Positions 26,420 through 40,000 of a stretch of DNA of 64,000 nt are shown piece after piece (the first letter of the stretch is position 1; every line of letters starts with the position of its first letter). The translations under genes and the position numbers were made by a program. Under the pieces are notes generated by a model. It had not been told where the DNA came from. It saw nothing but the letters and a program-made list of their open reading frames with translations, and ran no database searches. This DNA is from Paramecium tetraurelia (lineage: Eukaryota), in NCBI GenBank assembly GCA_000165425.1, contig CT868679.1, forward strand, positions 1 to 64,000, read 5' to 3'.

Positions 26420-26881
26420 TCAAGCAAAAAACTTCTTTTTTAAGCTGTGTGCCGAAAACTCCTTCATTATTTCTTTCTTATTCGAGAAATTTTGAGCAAA
26501 AGTAAAATTTAGTCCCTCGATTTAATTCTCCAGGGTAATAGCTCTAATGTGTTTTTGTTATTGCACTTATTATTATGTTCTTGGTTATTGAGATGAATAT
26601 AATTGCTATTGAGCCTCTTTCACTATCTGCAAGATCTTCTTACTCGACATTGGGTCAGATGTAACAGGTTTCTTGATTATTTTGTTCTCCTTTTGCTTAG
26701 GCAGTTGTAATCTTTTCTCCTCAAACTATCTCAAATCTATTAGACTTGATTTCCTTGCTATATGTGTATGAGGCTTCGATATTAAGTTTGGTTCTGGACT
26801 ATATCCAAAATGGCCACTTTGCAAAGGACTTAACAATCTTTTGCTGTTCTCTTAGGTGTATTACTTAAAAGATCTAATCAT
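26420..26881 (-). CDS. Hypothetical basic protein (153 aa; the frame is open upstream and may extend to ~27138 via a 29-nt intron)
   Basis: MIRSFKQYTQENSKRLLSP...SLKKKFFA*. Confidence 0.7.
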
Positions 26882-27263
26882 TTTTATCTAATACTTAGTT
26901 ATTTTATTTAATATTAAATGCTTTTTATATGAATTTTATAAATATTGATACTCATTTCCTCTTTTCTCATAACTGACAATTTACTTATCATCCCTCATAC
27001 CTTTCGATACCTATTTTCTAATCATTAAACTTTCACACATCACAAATGTACATTCTTCTTTTGAATAGTCTATTTTATTCTAACTTTGAACTCATTTGCA
27101 GATCAATTTATTAAATTACATTATTTTAACTTATTCATTATAAAATATAATAATAAATTAATTTTAGAAAGGCATTTCTGTCTTTTCACTTAATTTTCGG
27201 ATTGTCGTGATATTAATAAGATAATATTGTAAATAAATCAAAACTTGATCTTCCCAAGATTAA

Positions 27264-29007
27264 TCAATCTAAACTTAAATGTAAATGAGGATCTTAAATG
27301 CCATTCTCAATGTTCTTTTGCATCTGATCTCTAAACTTCCTTAAAGCATCTCTAACATCTGGAATCTTCTTTTGAACTATTTGAATCAATAAAGGAGAGA
27401 GAAAAAGTAAGGCTTGATCATCCTAATCACCATACCAACTGTGTATCTAGATTCCATTATCTGGTTGAAACTTAAAGTTCTCAGCTAGATTATCAATAAT
27501 AATGGTTCGCTTTACATCTCGACCAATCTTTTAAATATCTTTCACGTATGTGTTATTTACTAAAGTAGTGTGTTAACGATACAATCTATATCCAATCACT
27601 TTATCCTCATCTATCAGATCCAATATGAAATCAGCATAATCTTACTGTGCAGCTGTAAAAATAACTATCTCATAATATTTAGACATTTCCTTCAAGAATT
27701 ACTAGGCATATGGTCTAACTAAGAACTATCCATCATCCACTAACTATATAGAAAATCACTCATTTACTTCTTGATAATGGACTAAAGTTTCATCTAAATC
27801 TATAACCAAAGTGTATTTATTTGTTTTAGATAAGTAAGGTATCTGTTAACAATCAATCACTTCTTCATAGTCAAACTAAAAATCTGAAGAATCTCTTGTT
27901 AATCTCAATTGCTAAATGTGTACTAACTTTAAAATTTAGATTTAGAATTAATACAATTTTATCAAATTAGTATTTAACAAATTTAGTTCCTTGTTATAAA
28001 TTGATTTTGTCTATTATTGTTAACACTTTTTCTAATTAGACAAGGTTATTATCAGTTGCATTTTCAACACTAAAATTGATTGACAAATAATCTTACAATA
28101 GAATTAGAAGAGAGTAGACTACATTACTATTTTTACGTATTAAATTAATATCAATTAATTATAGAGTTTTTCTGGCTCTGAGTTTGTTTAACCTTGCTTA
28201 GATTAATGCCTTTTAAGATTGAGATAAAGCATTGGATTATTGCATTAATTCTAGATGTAAAACCATACTGCTGTGAATATAAAATACTAAATTTTTTAAG
28301 TTTTATTAATCCTCATCAAAAGCTTCTGATATGGCTTTATATAGAACAACTAAAATGCCAATTCTTTCCAAGATCATTGATTTACATAAGATTTATTAAC
28401 GGATTTAATCTTTTTCCTCAACTATAAAATTGGTAATTTAATTAAGATAATTTTAACATTATTTAATTACCTTTTACTTTTTGCTGATAACAGCTAAAAT
28501 GGTAAAGACAATTTCTTCTAAATTAATAAACTATTAAACATATTCTTCTGAATCATTAATTGTAGAACTCGTGGATTCATTTTTATGAGACTTTGATTCT
28601 TCTGTTTTGCATTTTGAGGAATCTGGTTTTTAATTTTTGTTAAGCATTTTATCTTATTCAACCTTACTATTTATGTGTTAATAGATTTTCTTTAATTGTT
28701 GAGGGATCTAATACAAAAGTTATGGTGAAATGGACCTTTGTGTTTTATTTGTTGATGACTTTTCGTGTTATGAATTTGGAGTTGAAGTTCTATTGAAATA
28801 TTAGTCTTTTTAGTTGGTTCTCTTTTAAAGTTCTTATAAAAGAGCATTAATTTTAGGAGTTGAGTTTTTTTTCTCATTGAATGATACATTCAAGGTTTGT
28901 TTATCTGTAAATTATTCAGCAATATTTCTGGAAGATCGATTGTCAAGAGGAGGCTTTTTGTTTTGAGTTTTCTGTGTCTTTTTCAGTTGTTATAGATCGT
29001 AATTCAT
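27264..29007 (-). CDS. FCP1/SCP-family (NIF-domain) HAD phosphatase
   Basis: YTLVIDLDETLVHY; RPY; YEIVIFTAAQQDYAD; YVKDIQKIGRD; IIIDN; FQPDNG. Confidence 0.92.
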
Positions 29008-29074
29008 GAATTTATTTAATATATATTTATATAAAAATGAAAAAATCTAGATTTAATTAAAATATAAACATCAA

Positions 29075-32000
29075 TCAATCATGCTTGGATTTTTAAGATG
29101 AATCATTACTGTCATAGATTTTATTTAGCATCTATTCATATAAATATTCTTATCTTTGCATCATTTTCGTAACCCACACAGGCTCATCAGGTATTACTTA
29201 TTCAATTAGAAATTTTAATCCGATCACTATATGTTCAGCGGCAATCAGCAATAGAAAGTTTCTAAGTGCAAACTAAAATAACCATGAACACATACAGTCT
29301 CCTCATTTGTATGGCTATCTTATCCTCCAATCAAATTGTTCAATTAATCTTAATTTGCCTAATAAATAGTCAAGCAATTGATGACTGTTCCGATGTATCC
29401 CACAATTAGTAGAATGTCATTCCATAAACCAATGGATCTTTTGGCCTCTGCAATAGGTCTCTTGACAAATGTGATATAAGCATATAGAAGGCTATCAATA
29501 GTGAAGATATTAAATAACAAAATGGCCACAGGAATCAATTGAGAACTAGCACTGAACATAGTAACCATACAAAATTGAATAATCTTCGAGATAGTGCGAT
29601 AAAATTACAAAATATGTGAATTGATCAATATGATTAGGTGTGGGCATCATAATCCTATTTTATTCAACTGTTTTAAGAAATCTTTTACCACTCATGCTAC
29701 TTCTATCAAAACTTTTATTTACTTAATTTTCAGTATTATTCTCTAAAACACTTGCGACCTATGAAACATACGTCTTTTTCCATTTTTTTAACATGTATTA
29801 TTGATATTCAGTATTTAGAAAATAACTTCTTATTTGATGTTTAATTAAGGGTATTATTGTAAATCTTGTTAAATGGACAATTGCCCAAACAATCGTCAAA
29901 GTTATTGACATTATATTGAGTTCATCTGAATCAGGATTTATGATGGATTTGTAGAAGAGTCTAACAAACGAGTTTAAGAATGTGAATGAAAATACCTTAA
30001 TAATGTAGACATCCTCTAATTCATTCTGATATTGATGATTTTCGTATTTCATTGATAATTTAGCAAAGTAATTGAAAATCTCATTTGTAATTTTAATAGA
30101 GATCCCTAAACCTATAGAGCAGATAATAGTATAATTAGTGGTTCTATTTTAGAGCGAGATAATGTATTGATAGGCAATCTATTCTCCAGCAATCATTATG
30201 ACAGCCAAAAGTACTAATGGAAAAGAAGTCTTATAATACTTCCACTTGTCTCTCTTTGAGTATTGTATTTCGATCTTATGTGTAACATCATCTATCCAAA
30301 ATTAACCTTGAAATGATTGTATTTTCTTCTTTTGTTCTGTCTCTACATGCATATCAAATTGAAACATTGTCTCACTCTATTTCCTCTTCCAAAATTCAAA
30401 AAAAATAGTAGCCCAAACAGCCAATGCAATTGTGTATATTGGGACAAATAAAGTATCAAATCTGTTAGTTGAATAAATATATACTCCAAGCATTATACCA
30501 GGAATAGCAGGTAAAAATAGCCAAGTTGTAAAAAAACTTAAAAATACAAAGAAAAACCCTCCTTCAGATCCAAAGTATGCTTTAATTGCACTCGGAGTTC
30601 TACATCTATTTTGGTATAATGATAAAGGCTCCTTTAACAAATCCCATTTCTCACATTTCCATTAATTGTATATTAATTTCTTTTCTTCTTCATCATGCAA
30701 TGGGAAATGATCTAATAGTAGTTAATCATGCATAAATTAATCCAAATTGAATTCATCATATAATAAGGTTAAAATGATCTATTAGTCATGATAATGATGA
30801 AAGTTTTCATACATATAGGCCTTATCTTTATTGAAAGGACAGATAATTCCCTGTGTGAAATTATAAATCATCATTTTCTCCTTATGAGCCACTTCATTTT
30901 TTAATTGATTTTACACCTTTATTATATAATACATGCATGATTCATTATATGATTTAAGAGGAACAGCCTTGAACTTACCACCTATCACCTTCTCTTTAAT
31001 ATTGTTTAATTGTTATTTGACTAAATTTGCACTCATATTTGTTCCAACAAGCACATATTTGTATCCACTCCTAATAAGATTTTTTTCTGTTTATAACAAT
31101 GTTTGTCTAAGTTCTTTGATTCTAGCAGATCTGGATGAAGCGAATGCTGCTTAATTTCTGAAATTATATATATTGTGATCTGCCCCTAATTTAATTAAGT
31201 AGTTCACTATATTTTCATGTCTCTAAATTCTAATTAATAGTATATACTTGTTCAACTGCAATATGTAATGCCGTTTAAGGTTTTTCAATTGTCATTAGAT
31301 TTACTAATTTTTTAGATGGTATTTTCTTGTTTTCACTATAACCTTACTCAAAAAACAATTGCACCAATTTTTCATGTCCTTAGTATGTGGCTGCATGAAC
31401 TGCATTTCTACCCTTATATGATGGTGCAAAAGCAGAAAATTATTATTTTAAAAAAGGAATCACTAAGTCCTCATCACCGAGAACACTAGCCCAAAATAAA
31501 TAATTCAAACCTACACTCTCATAAATTTTTCTATCCATTTTTTAACAATTATAACGATGATCTGACATTATATCTCTATCACCAAAATCCAAATCTTTAT
31601 TCAACTCTTATAGTTAGATTATTTATTATTCACTATTTAAGAAATGGGCTAAGAATTTCACAATCAAGTATTTTACTACTTACTTTTAACATTCTGGATC
31701 TTTTCCGTTAGTCAAAGCAATATCAATTGGAAATTAATGTCTATCATTTTTCCTCAACACTATTTTATATATTAATTTTACTTAATTCCGGATTATAATA
31801 CAATAATAATTAAGCAAGTTTTAAATCTCCAAAATAGCAAGCCCAATGTAATGGATTGTTGATGTGATCTTTCAAATAATGTTATAAGCTTGCTCCTCTC
31901 TACAATAACATCTTTGCTATTTTGTATTTTCTAAAATCACAATCTGTATGATCACTCTGTTCTACTGATTCGTCAAAATCTTGATTATATCCTCTCACGC

Positions 32001-32341
32001 AGACCAACATAAGGGCGGAATTCCCTATCAAATCATTAGAACTCCTAGATTACCTTGTTTATCGGTGGAATTCAAATCCAAACACTGTAAATTTAGAAAG
32101 TATTCTACTACTTCGTAATGTCCTCTATATGCAGCCTATATAAAATATTTCTTTACATAATGTAAAGCATTCCTGCCATAATAATCAGATTTCTTACAAG
32201 CTTCTTAAAGTTATTTCGACGCCAATGATGCCAATTACTACTATATAAATTCCAGTTTCCCATCCTATGCTGCCTTAGAGGATTAAATTCACAATATTAT
32301 ACTTCAAGAAGGTTGATTTCCTCATGACCGAAAAAATGCAT
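29075..32341 (-). CDS. Ankyrin-repeat plus anoctamin (TMEM16) fusion membrane protein
   Basis: Ankyrins GRNALHYAAYRGH, NPLHWACYFGD, GRNAVHAATYQGH; TMEM16 motifs FPLHD, IKAYFG, EFWKRK, YENH, IIQF, KRP..IGLW, IPDEPVWV. Confidence 0.88.
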
Positions 32342-32842
32342 TTTTTTAATAATATAAAGAATATCATTCATAATCTCATGTCAAAAATGAATCCTAAGAC
32401 TTAACTAAACTTACTCCTTCTTCTCTAAAAACAACAAAACTACTCAGTTCAGCTCAAGATGATCACATCAATCTTTGCTTTTGGCATAATCAAATATAAG
32501 ATAATGTCAATTGAGTTTTTATATAAAGTTGGATTGATGCATTTTAATTTCTTGAAGTAAATAACACTCTTTGTCTTAATTAGATATAAAAAGTTGAATA
32601 AAAAGGGAAAGGAATATGTTAGAATTACTCTGAAAATATCTAATCTTGGTTTTTTACCTGGACATATTCCCCTAAAATAAAATGAAAGCATAGTCTCAAG
32701 AAAGAATTAAATATCACATAGGACTGAGATAGAAGCTCATGATATAATCATAAGTTGTCTATGGGAAAAAGGATAATTGCGAAATTAAATTATTAAGATT
32801 GTATTGCATTATGTATATCTTATTGATTATCATTTTCATGTA

Positions 32843-34446
32843 TCAAAATTTCTCCTCTTCTACTTATTGGGTATGTATAGCAGATTGAATCCTTGAATTT
32901 CTGTTTTTAATTGAATTGATAAGTGATCCAGGATCGACATTTTATTTTGGAATTTCATCCTCCAATAATTGATTTATGCTTTTAATTATAAGATAACATT
33001 AATTACTGGTTCATTTGGGTTTATCTAAAATGTGATAAATCTTATTAAGTGGATATGAACTCCACACTCCATACTTCGATTCTATCAATATTCAATTTTG
33101 TGATATGAGGTGCCAATATATGACCTGTTGCAAAAGTCTTATCGTCATCTGCAATATAGCTATCCTTCAAATTTTAACCATCAATCCAAATTCTATGTTA
33201 TTCATATCCACTACCCCCAATACCCAATCCAAATTTGCTTAATTTCTTTTATAAAGATTAAGGCAATGGTCTCCCTTGATCACTATTCAATAAGGCATAT
33301 TTGCTTTATCCCTTCCCTTTGCCTGTTATAAATTGCTAGTATTTTGGGACTATGGAAAATATAGATGAGTTCTTGTCTCCAGTGATGTCTGGTGCTAATC
33401 TCCACTTGGATGAATTGAAATAACCAAATAAATAATGTTATTCAAAGGCATCTAAGTTTTCATCAGGTGTGTGTTGATATGGTAACTTTTCATACTTATT
33501 TAATCGTTCAACATGTCTAAATAGTAGCAGAGTTGGAGAGTTTTAGGATAACAATTGATTTGATAGAATGTTTAAATCAAACTAATCTTAACCATCTTAA
33601 TAAGCAAAAAGCAAATTCAACTTTTTGGTTTTAGTAGAACCAAGGAAGTACTTAAATAGAACAATCCCAATATTTGATAGTTGATAATAAGGGAATTATC
33701 AGTCAGTTCTGGGAGTTTAATTTTGTGAGAGGAATCTGTAAATTTCCCTGCAAAATACCTTCTTATGACTGTATTAATCAAAGGAACTTCCATCTTTATT
33801 TAGTTACAAAACTGTTATAAGTCCATGTTGCTTGTTTTATCTATAGGATATTTTCAATTAAGTTACCTCCAAAAATATTATTGATCAATAATTTAGCTGC
33901 CACATCATCATCATCGCTTAATTTATTGCCTTTTGGACTCAACATATTTATTATCTCCTTGATGAAGATCCCTGCTTATAAATATGTTATTTCAACTTTT
34001 GTTAACTATTACAACTTGAATTCTTCTCTCTTATAAATTTCAGGATGTTATATGGATATCAATAATAATAACTGATATTGCTCCAAATGCTTGTAGTTAT
34101 TTGTATAAACATATATTTCTGATTTCTATTTTGTAAATAGTTCCACTAATAATCGTTTTTAACATAATTACTTGATAATACAAAAGTTTCTCTATTCACT
34201 ATGTTAGTATCACTTTAACTTTTGATAAATTTATAGATTTTATCAGCTAACTACGTATTTTCTGTAAAGGCTGCTCTAAAACCTTCAATGGCAATAAATT
34301 GTTCAGCTTTTCTAATTTTATAAATTCAACATTACCCTGGTGCTATCGATGATAATTTCTTAAATTTCTCGTTACACTTCTCAGAGCTCTTTACTATTTA
34401 AAGAACTCTTTTCTTAAAGATTTTTTCTTGAACTATTACAGCCCAT
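32843..34446 (-). CDS. N-myristoylated TLDc-domain protein (MEAK7/TLDC1-like) with two apparent frameshifts; possible young pseudogene
   Basis: MGCNSS start; SPTLLLFRH, LFGYFNSSKW, IFSIVP, GLGIGG, RIWIDG, IEVWSV. Confidence 0.72.
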
Positions 34447-36083
34447 ATATCTATATCAATATAATTAAATAAAATTTATATAAACTGAAATAAGTATTTC
34501 AAGGATGCTAGTTGCCAATTTTTTTAGGATTCAGGTAGAAATTATTATAAGCAAATCATTTACACAAATTATATATAAATAACTATGGATTCAGAATTTC
34601 GATGCTAAGCACTTGATTCATCTTCTTATAATTAATAGTTCATAACTTTAATACTCAAGCATGAAAGTTCTTGTAAACTTACTGATATTCGTAAAAGAAA
34701 ATCAAAAAGAGGATCCCTTTATTTTTCGAGTTAATTATATAATATACATTTAAAACCAAATTTTCTTCATCAGTATTTTTACTTTTAATTCTGATTCTTA
34801 TTGATATTTATCCGCTTACTCTTATCGTTTATTATCCACATCCTCCTTTTATATTTTACTTAAAATGTAATACAAAATTAAATCAATTTCTTCTATTTAT
34901 TGAATTAATAATGAATTGTGATTTAGTTGCAACTGAGCAATTTAAATCATCCAATATTCTTCTAGGCATCGATATATTATATTTAATGATTTAAAAAAAA
35001 TATTGTTTTTGGTATTTATATTTCTAGACTAATTCTAACATAATTTATCCTGTATTTACTTTAGTTTTATCTCTATATTATCACTTCCTTTTGAATTTTG
35101 TGTTATCAAATTTTACTATTTTATTACATTAAGATTATTTAATTATAATTATAATTTCATTTAACTCATTTCTTTAGAAATTAGCAAAAAATAGGAATAT
35201 TTTAAATTTATCATTATATCTTAGTCGGATACTTCTTTTTGGAAACAGCTCTAGAAAGCAGTATAATCAGTTATTATGTCACCATCCCTATTATAATTCT
35301 TCAAATTGTACATAACTTAACTTTTTTATGTAAATATTTAATGCAAATCAACTATCTGCATAAATCTGAAGTCTTTAGATTTTGAAATTGATTATTGCCA
35401 ATCTTCTTTAATTTTACAATGATCATAGTAAGTAAATTTATAATATAATACGCATATTATTAAATAGTTTATAAATTTAAATATTAAAGTTATGTGCTTT
35501 GTGTTTAAATTACATCTCTAATTTTTATAGACCTATCTAATTATTCGTCGATGGATATTCTTCTTAATAATTTAAGCCACTCTTATCTTTTTAGGTTAAC
35601 AATGTATTAATGATAAAATGGCTTAAAAATGTAACAATATTAAGATTATTATTGACTTTCTTTCCTTCTGATGATAAATTTATGACCTTTATTAAAATGT
35701 GCTAGCATTAAATACCAAATTTAAAAATTGTGATTCTAGCCAAATTTTTGATGGAATGTATTAATTATGTGAGTAATAATTCCTTAAAAAAATCAAGGAC
35801 GTAAAGAATATTGATTAAATTTACGATTTGATAAACATCTTGGACACAAATGAGATTCATCAATATAATAATCAGTTTAAGTGTATGCAATCAACAAAAT
35901 TTAAAATTAACAAAGCGATTGATGTCATTAATGTTAAATAATTTGGAGAACAATATTCGTAAGGAATGCTGCTTACATAGAGTTAAATAGTAATTGAAAT
36001 TAATATATAATAACTTGTATATAAATATTTGGCATCGAAATTAGATTCATGAATAACAATATCATAAGGATTGTAACATTTTT

Positions 36084-36314
36084 TCATTCCTTCTCCAACT
36101 CATTAAAATGATTAAATATATCATCGATATCTTCATCCCTTACTTCTTTTAAGCTCTCAAGTCTGTTTAAAGGTAAAGGTTTGATAGGCTAGATGATAGC
36201 TTTTCTTAAAACATCAATATCATTTGTAAATTAACTTTCCTAAGATATCTAATTTGAAATTGATTAAGAGGTGCGGATGAATATTTATGAACCACAACAT
36301 TACTTTGCTCCCAT
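36084..36314 (-). CDS. Small N-acylated protein (76 aa)
   Basis: MGAKQCCGSQ...PIKPLPLNRLESL...DDIFNHFNELEKE*. Confidence 0.65.
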
Positions 36315-36542
36315 TTTTATTTTAATATTAAAATAAAAGTTCATGAGTCTAAATATTAATGATGAAAAGTGCTAGGCCAATAAATAATGAATATTAAATA
36401 AATAAACTATCCCTTCATCTTCCCACTTGTGTTTAGATAGAATAGCAAGAATACATGTAAAGCAGTGACTTAAATTGAAAGATATTATTTTTTAATGTTT
36501 GATATCAATGATGTTATTAATAAAATTATTATTTATTTCGGA

Positions 36543-37168
36543 ATGTGGTATAAAAACTTTTCAAAACAAAGTTGGAATCTTAGGGTTTGGAGGTATACTT
36601 TAGTGATTATAGTATAATAGAAAGGCTAACATATTATTCAACCAAGACGACATTGGTATGTTCAAGACAAAGGGCGTTTTGAGATGGAAGGATACTGTAT
36701 TCAGAATGGCCAGAAGTGAAGCATGTGTATGAAATTATTCATATGAATGATAGTTAAGAGGATTCAACTTCTTCTTCTTTGCTGGAATGATTGGGTCATT
36801 CATTTGGGTTAAATCAAACTATTATGATCCAAAATATGTAGCACCTAAAAAAGTAGAGAGCGAGAAGGAATTAGAGAGATTGGATGCAGAAGCTGATAAA
36901 ATATTGTTTAAGAATAGATTGGAGGCATATTCAAGACCTCATAGAAGTTTGGAAGACTTGATAGCCTTCTTATCTGGGTATTGATAAATAGATAATCGTT
37001 CATAGTTCAAAGACCTTCGATCAATTTGCTGACTTTATCAGTTATGAGGAAGCAATGAATAACAGTATGGATCAATAAAATGGTTTGGATTCATGGATGG
37101 ATGACTAAGACTAAAGAATGCTTAAATATTATCAAAGAAGTATTGGACGTACTCCAAAGTTTGATTGA
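36543..37168 (+). CDS. Ciliate-type mitochondrial ATP synthase membrane subunit (subunit k-like)
   Basis: MWYKNFSKQSWNLRVWRKAN...one TM...ADKILFKNR...AFLSGS...GLDSWM...YYQRSIG; three introns; subunit name from recall of the Tetrahymena ATP synthase. Confidence 0.7.
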
Positions 37169-37231
37169 TTTAGTCAAATGCATATAAATATAAATAAAAT
37201 ATATATGGACATTTGTTAATATATAATAAAA

Positions 37232-38010
37232 TCACATGCCACAACTAAATACAATTTAAGTTGATTACTAGTTTAGTCCTCCTCCTGCTTCTGGAACAGT
37301 CCATCTAATATAATCTTTGGGAATCTTGATGTAATAAGTCTTACAATGTAGACAATTTTAAGCATTTATCTATAACTTTTTGCCTTCATTTTTATCAATA
37401 AATTCATAGACTTTTGCTGGACAAAATCGGACCATCATACAAATTCAAGTTTTCCTTAGGTTCAACCTCTTTGATTACTTTAAGATGAGCTGGTTGATCA
37501 TGTTCATGATTGGTCCCACTTTAAACGCAATGATATATAAATCTTACCTTCTTTCTAAGTTATCTAAAAATCAAAGGTTAATTTTCTATCTGGTTTCTCA
37601 TATTTAATCTAAGGAACCTAGTCTTTAGTCAAATAAGATTCGCTTTCTTTGACATGTGATTTGATATTCCAAGGTTCCCTTCCTTTTGAGATGATACCAT
37701 CAAATGAACCATATCAATCCAAAATAAATATTGTATTAAAATGAACCCTTGAAATTTCTTGATCTAGACAATTCATCATAGATCCAAGATTATTTAACAT
37801 CATCCTCATATTCAACTAATTCTTATCTTGGTTCTACATTTTGTTTTGCACAAATAGTTTCTGCTGCCAACATTCACAACAACTGATTTGTTAGAATCCA
37901 AATCCTTAATTCTTATTACTCCTGATAAACTTGCTGGCCCTACACCAACTATAAGTATGTCAAATTGGATCTTTTAGAGTGAGAAAAGAAATTTCGCAAC
38001 TTTTTAGCAT
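37232..38010 (-). pseudogene. ETFDH: ETF-ubiquinone oxidoreductase (ETFDH) pseudogene with large internal deletion
   Basis: FDILIVGVGPASLSG joined to MLAAET...SWIYDELSRSRNFK; SGTNHEHDQPAHL; RFCPAKVYE; NCLHCKTYYIK; WTVPEAGGG; several frameshifts. Confidence 0.88.
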
Positions 38011-38163
38011 TAATATTATATTTAGATCTAAAAATAGGCATTATTAAATTCGTATTAAACTACTATTCTTCTTTATTTATTGAGGTATTTCTTCGAAATT
38101 ATTAATTTTTATTGCTCATTTTAACTAAAAAGAACTGGAAATTGATTTCTATTTATTATAATT

Positions 38164-39080
38164 ATGTAAAATCTCAATCGACTTTTGGACTATTGATAAA
38201 TTTAACAAATACCCTAAATGAAAAAAGTGATCAATCATAAGTTTGATGGGATCATGAAATAAAAGTGAAAATACTTTTTTATAAATTATTAATATTACCT
38301 AAGTATTAAGAAAACTATTAGTTACAAAATCATTTTCTAAATTATGATATGTATTTAAAGATAAAAAGTAAATAAGAAAATGTACCCTACTTGATGTATT
38401 TTTAATTAATGAATAGGGATATGAGAATAAACTGAATGGTTTTTCGGATGTAAACATGAAAGAAAAATATAACTAAAAATACATAATAGTTCTGAATTTA
38501 ATTTTCTTATTTATATAAACTTATGAGAATTAATGAATATTTAAATAATTGAATAATCTTAAAAATTACCCAAAATCACTGTGATGGGAATTTAATAAAT
38601 CTATAAGTTTACAATAATATAACTAATATTTTGCCATCAAATTTTTCGATTAAAGAAGAGACAAAAATAAACCAAATATTAAACCCTAAAGCACTAAATT
38701 CTGTTTCAATAAAATAGAGGTATTTAGGCTGAATCGTCAGCGAATAAAAATACACAATGATATCTTAGTATTATCTCTATAATAAATATAAATGCAATTA
38801 AATTTAGCAACCAATAACTTATAAGAAAAGATTGAATAATCGATAAGGACAAAAATTACCATAATTAATAAATATGATGTGAATAGTACTTCCCCGATTT
38901 TCTGCAGACAAAAATATTTATTCAACAATGATTAGTGGTGAGAATTATTCTAAATCATTAGATTGCTTAAGATTTTAATATGTACTATAACATATAAATG
39001 CTAAACTAATAAGAAGACTTTAATTATTAAAGGCATGATTCCTAAGAATTTAATTGAAAATGATTTTAACTGTAATTATA
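38164..39080 (+). pseudogene. Decayed coding-like region, family not recognised
   Basis: Coding-like composition after an ATG at 38164 but repeated in-frame TGA and frame changes. Confidence 0.3.
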
Positions 39081-39088
39081 TAAAACAA

Positions 39089-39323
39089 TCATGGGAGACT
39101 CTTTTGTATATTTTCTATGGTGTGCAATATGCTATTGACTGAATTAGTGAGCTAGTTGAATTAAAGGAATTTTTACCTATTCAGCTGTACTTTTGATACC
39201 ATTTATCTAAGCTTCCAATTGATTAAGTTTTTCAGGCACTGCTTTGAGTGTTACTGCATTTCTTTAAATTGCTGCAAAATCATCTTCCATTTATTGCATT
39301 TGTGGTACTTAGCACTATCCCAT
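39089..39323 (-). CDS. Small N-acylated coiled-coil protein (69 aa)
   Basis: MGQCQVPQ...EKLNQLEAQINGIKSTAEQ, 25-nt intron, LTNSVNSILHTIENIQKSLP*. Confidence 0.75.
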
Positions 39324-39373
39324 TTTATCTAAATAAAAATTAATTATTAATAAATAAATTAATTAATTTAAGG

Positions 39374-39931
39374 ATGTCAATGAGTGAACAGAGTAAAACA
39401 GAAAATCGGATATTTGTGACTGGATACTCAACAAAGGATAAAAATGAAGAGGATATCAAAGGTCTTTTTTCTAAGTATGGTGAAATCATTGAATTCTCTT
39501 GGAAGGGTCGTTTTTGTTTCATTGTAAAATTAGCGTCTATTTAATTAGGCTTATTCAAAAGCAGAAGAAGCTACAGAAGCTGTGAATGAAATGAATTAAA
39601 AAGATTAAGATGGCAACACTTTTGTTGTTGAGATAGCTAGAGCCAAAAAAAAAGATGGCGAGTGCTACAAATGTGGAAGAATAGGCCATTTGTAATTATT
39701 TAGATGAAAATTAATTAGTGCTCGAAATTGTAGATAGAAAGGAAGATCATCAAGCTCAAGTTCAAGGTATATTTAGTTATATGTAGACATCATAAAAGAA
39801 AGGCTAAAAGACATAGAAAAAGAAGTCCATCCAGTTCATCCAGTTCTTCTTCATCTTCATCATCTAGGGATAGAAAGAAGAAATAAAAAAAACCAAAAAA
39901 AGGAAGGGAATCCTCATCATCAAGTGATTGA
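39374..39931 (+). CDS. SR-like splicing factor (RRM, CCHC knuckle, S/R/K-rich tail; SRSF7-like architecture)
   Basis: RIFVTG..LFSKYGEI..KGRFCFIAY; CYKCGRIGHFARNC; three introns. Confidence 0.88.
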
Positions 39932-40000
39932 TTTAAAAAGAATTTGGATATATATCGATGATAAAAAATTATCGTGTTTTGTTGTTGTGAATAAATCAAA

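Noticed and set aside
26960..27050. Minus-strand frame with two CxxTGA patterns suggesting a selenoprotein
   Set aside because: Several additional TGAs, no SECIS-like hairpin seen, and another frame is fully open into the adjacent gene
32378..32830. Plus-strand ORF head-to-head with the anoctamin gene
   Set aside because: No motif, ambiguous frame, and it runs into the convergent TLDc gene; open frames are easy to obtain with a single stop codon
34500..36060. Coding-like fragments
   Set aside because: Could not build a consistent frame or assign a family
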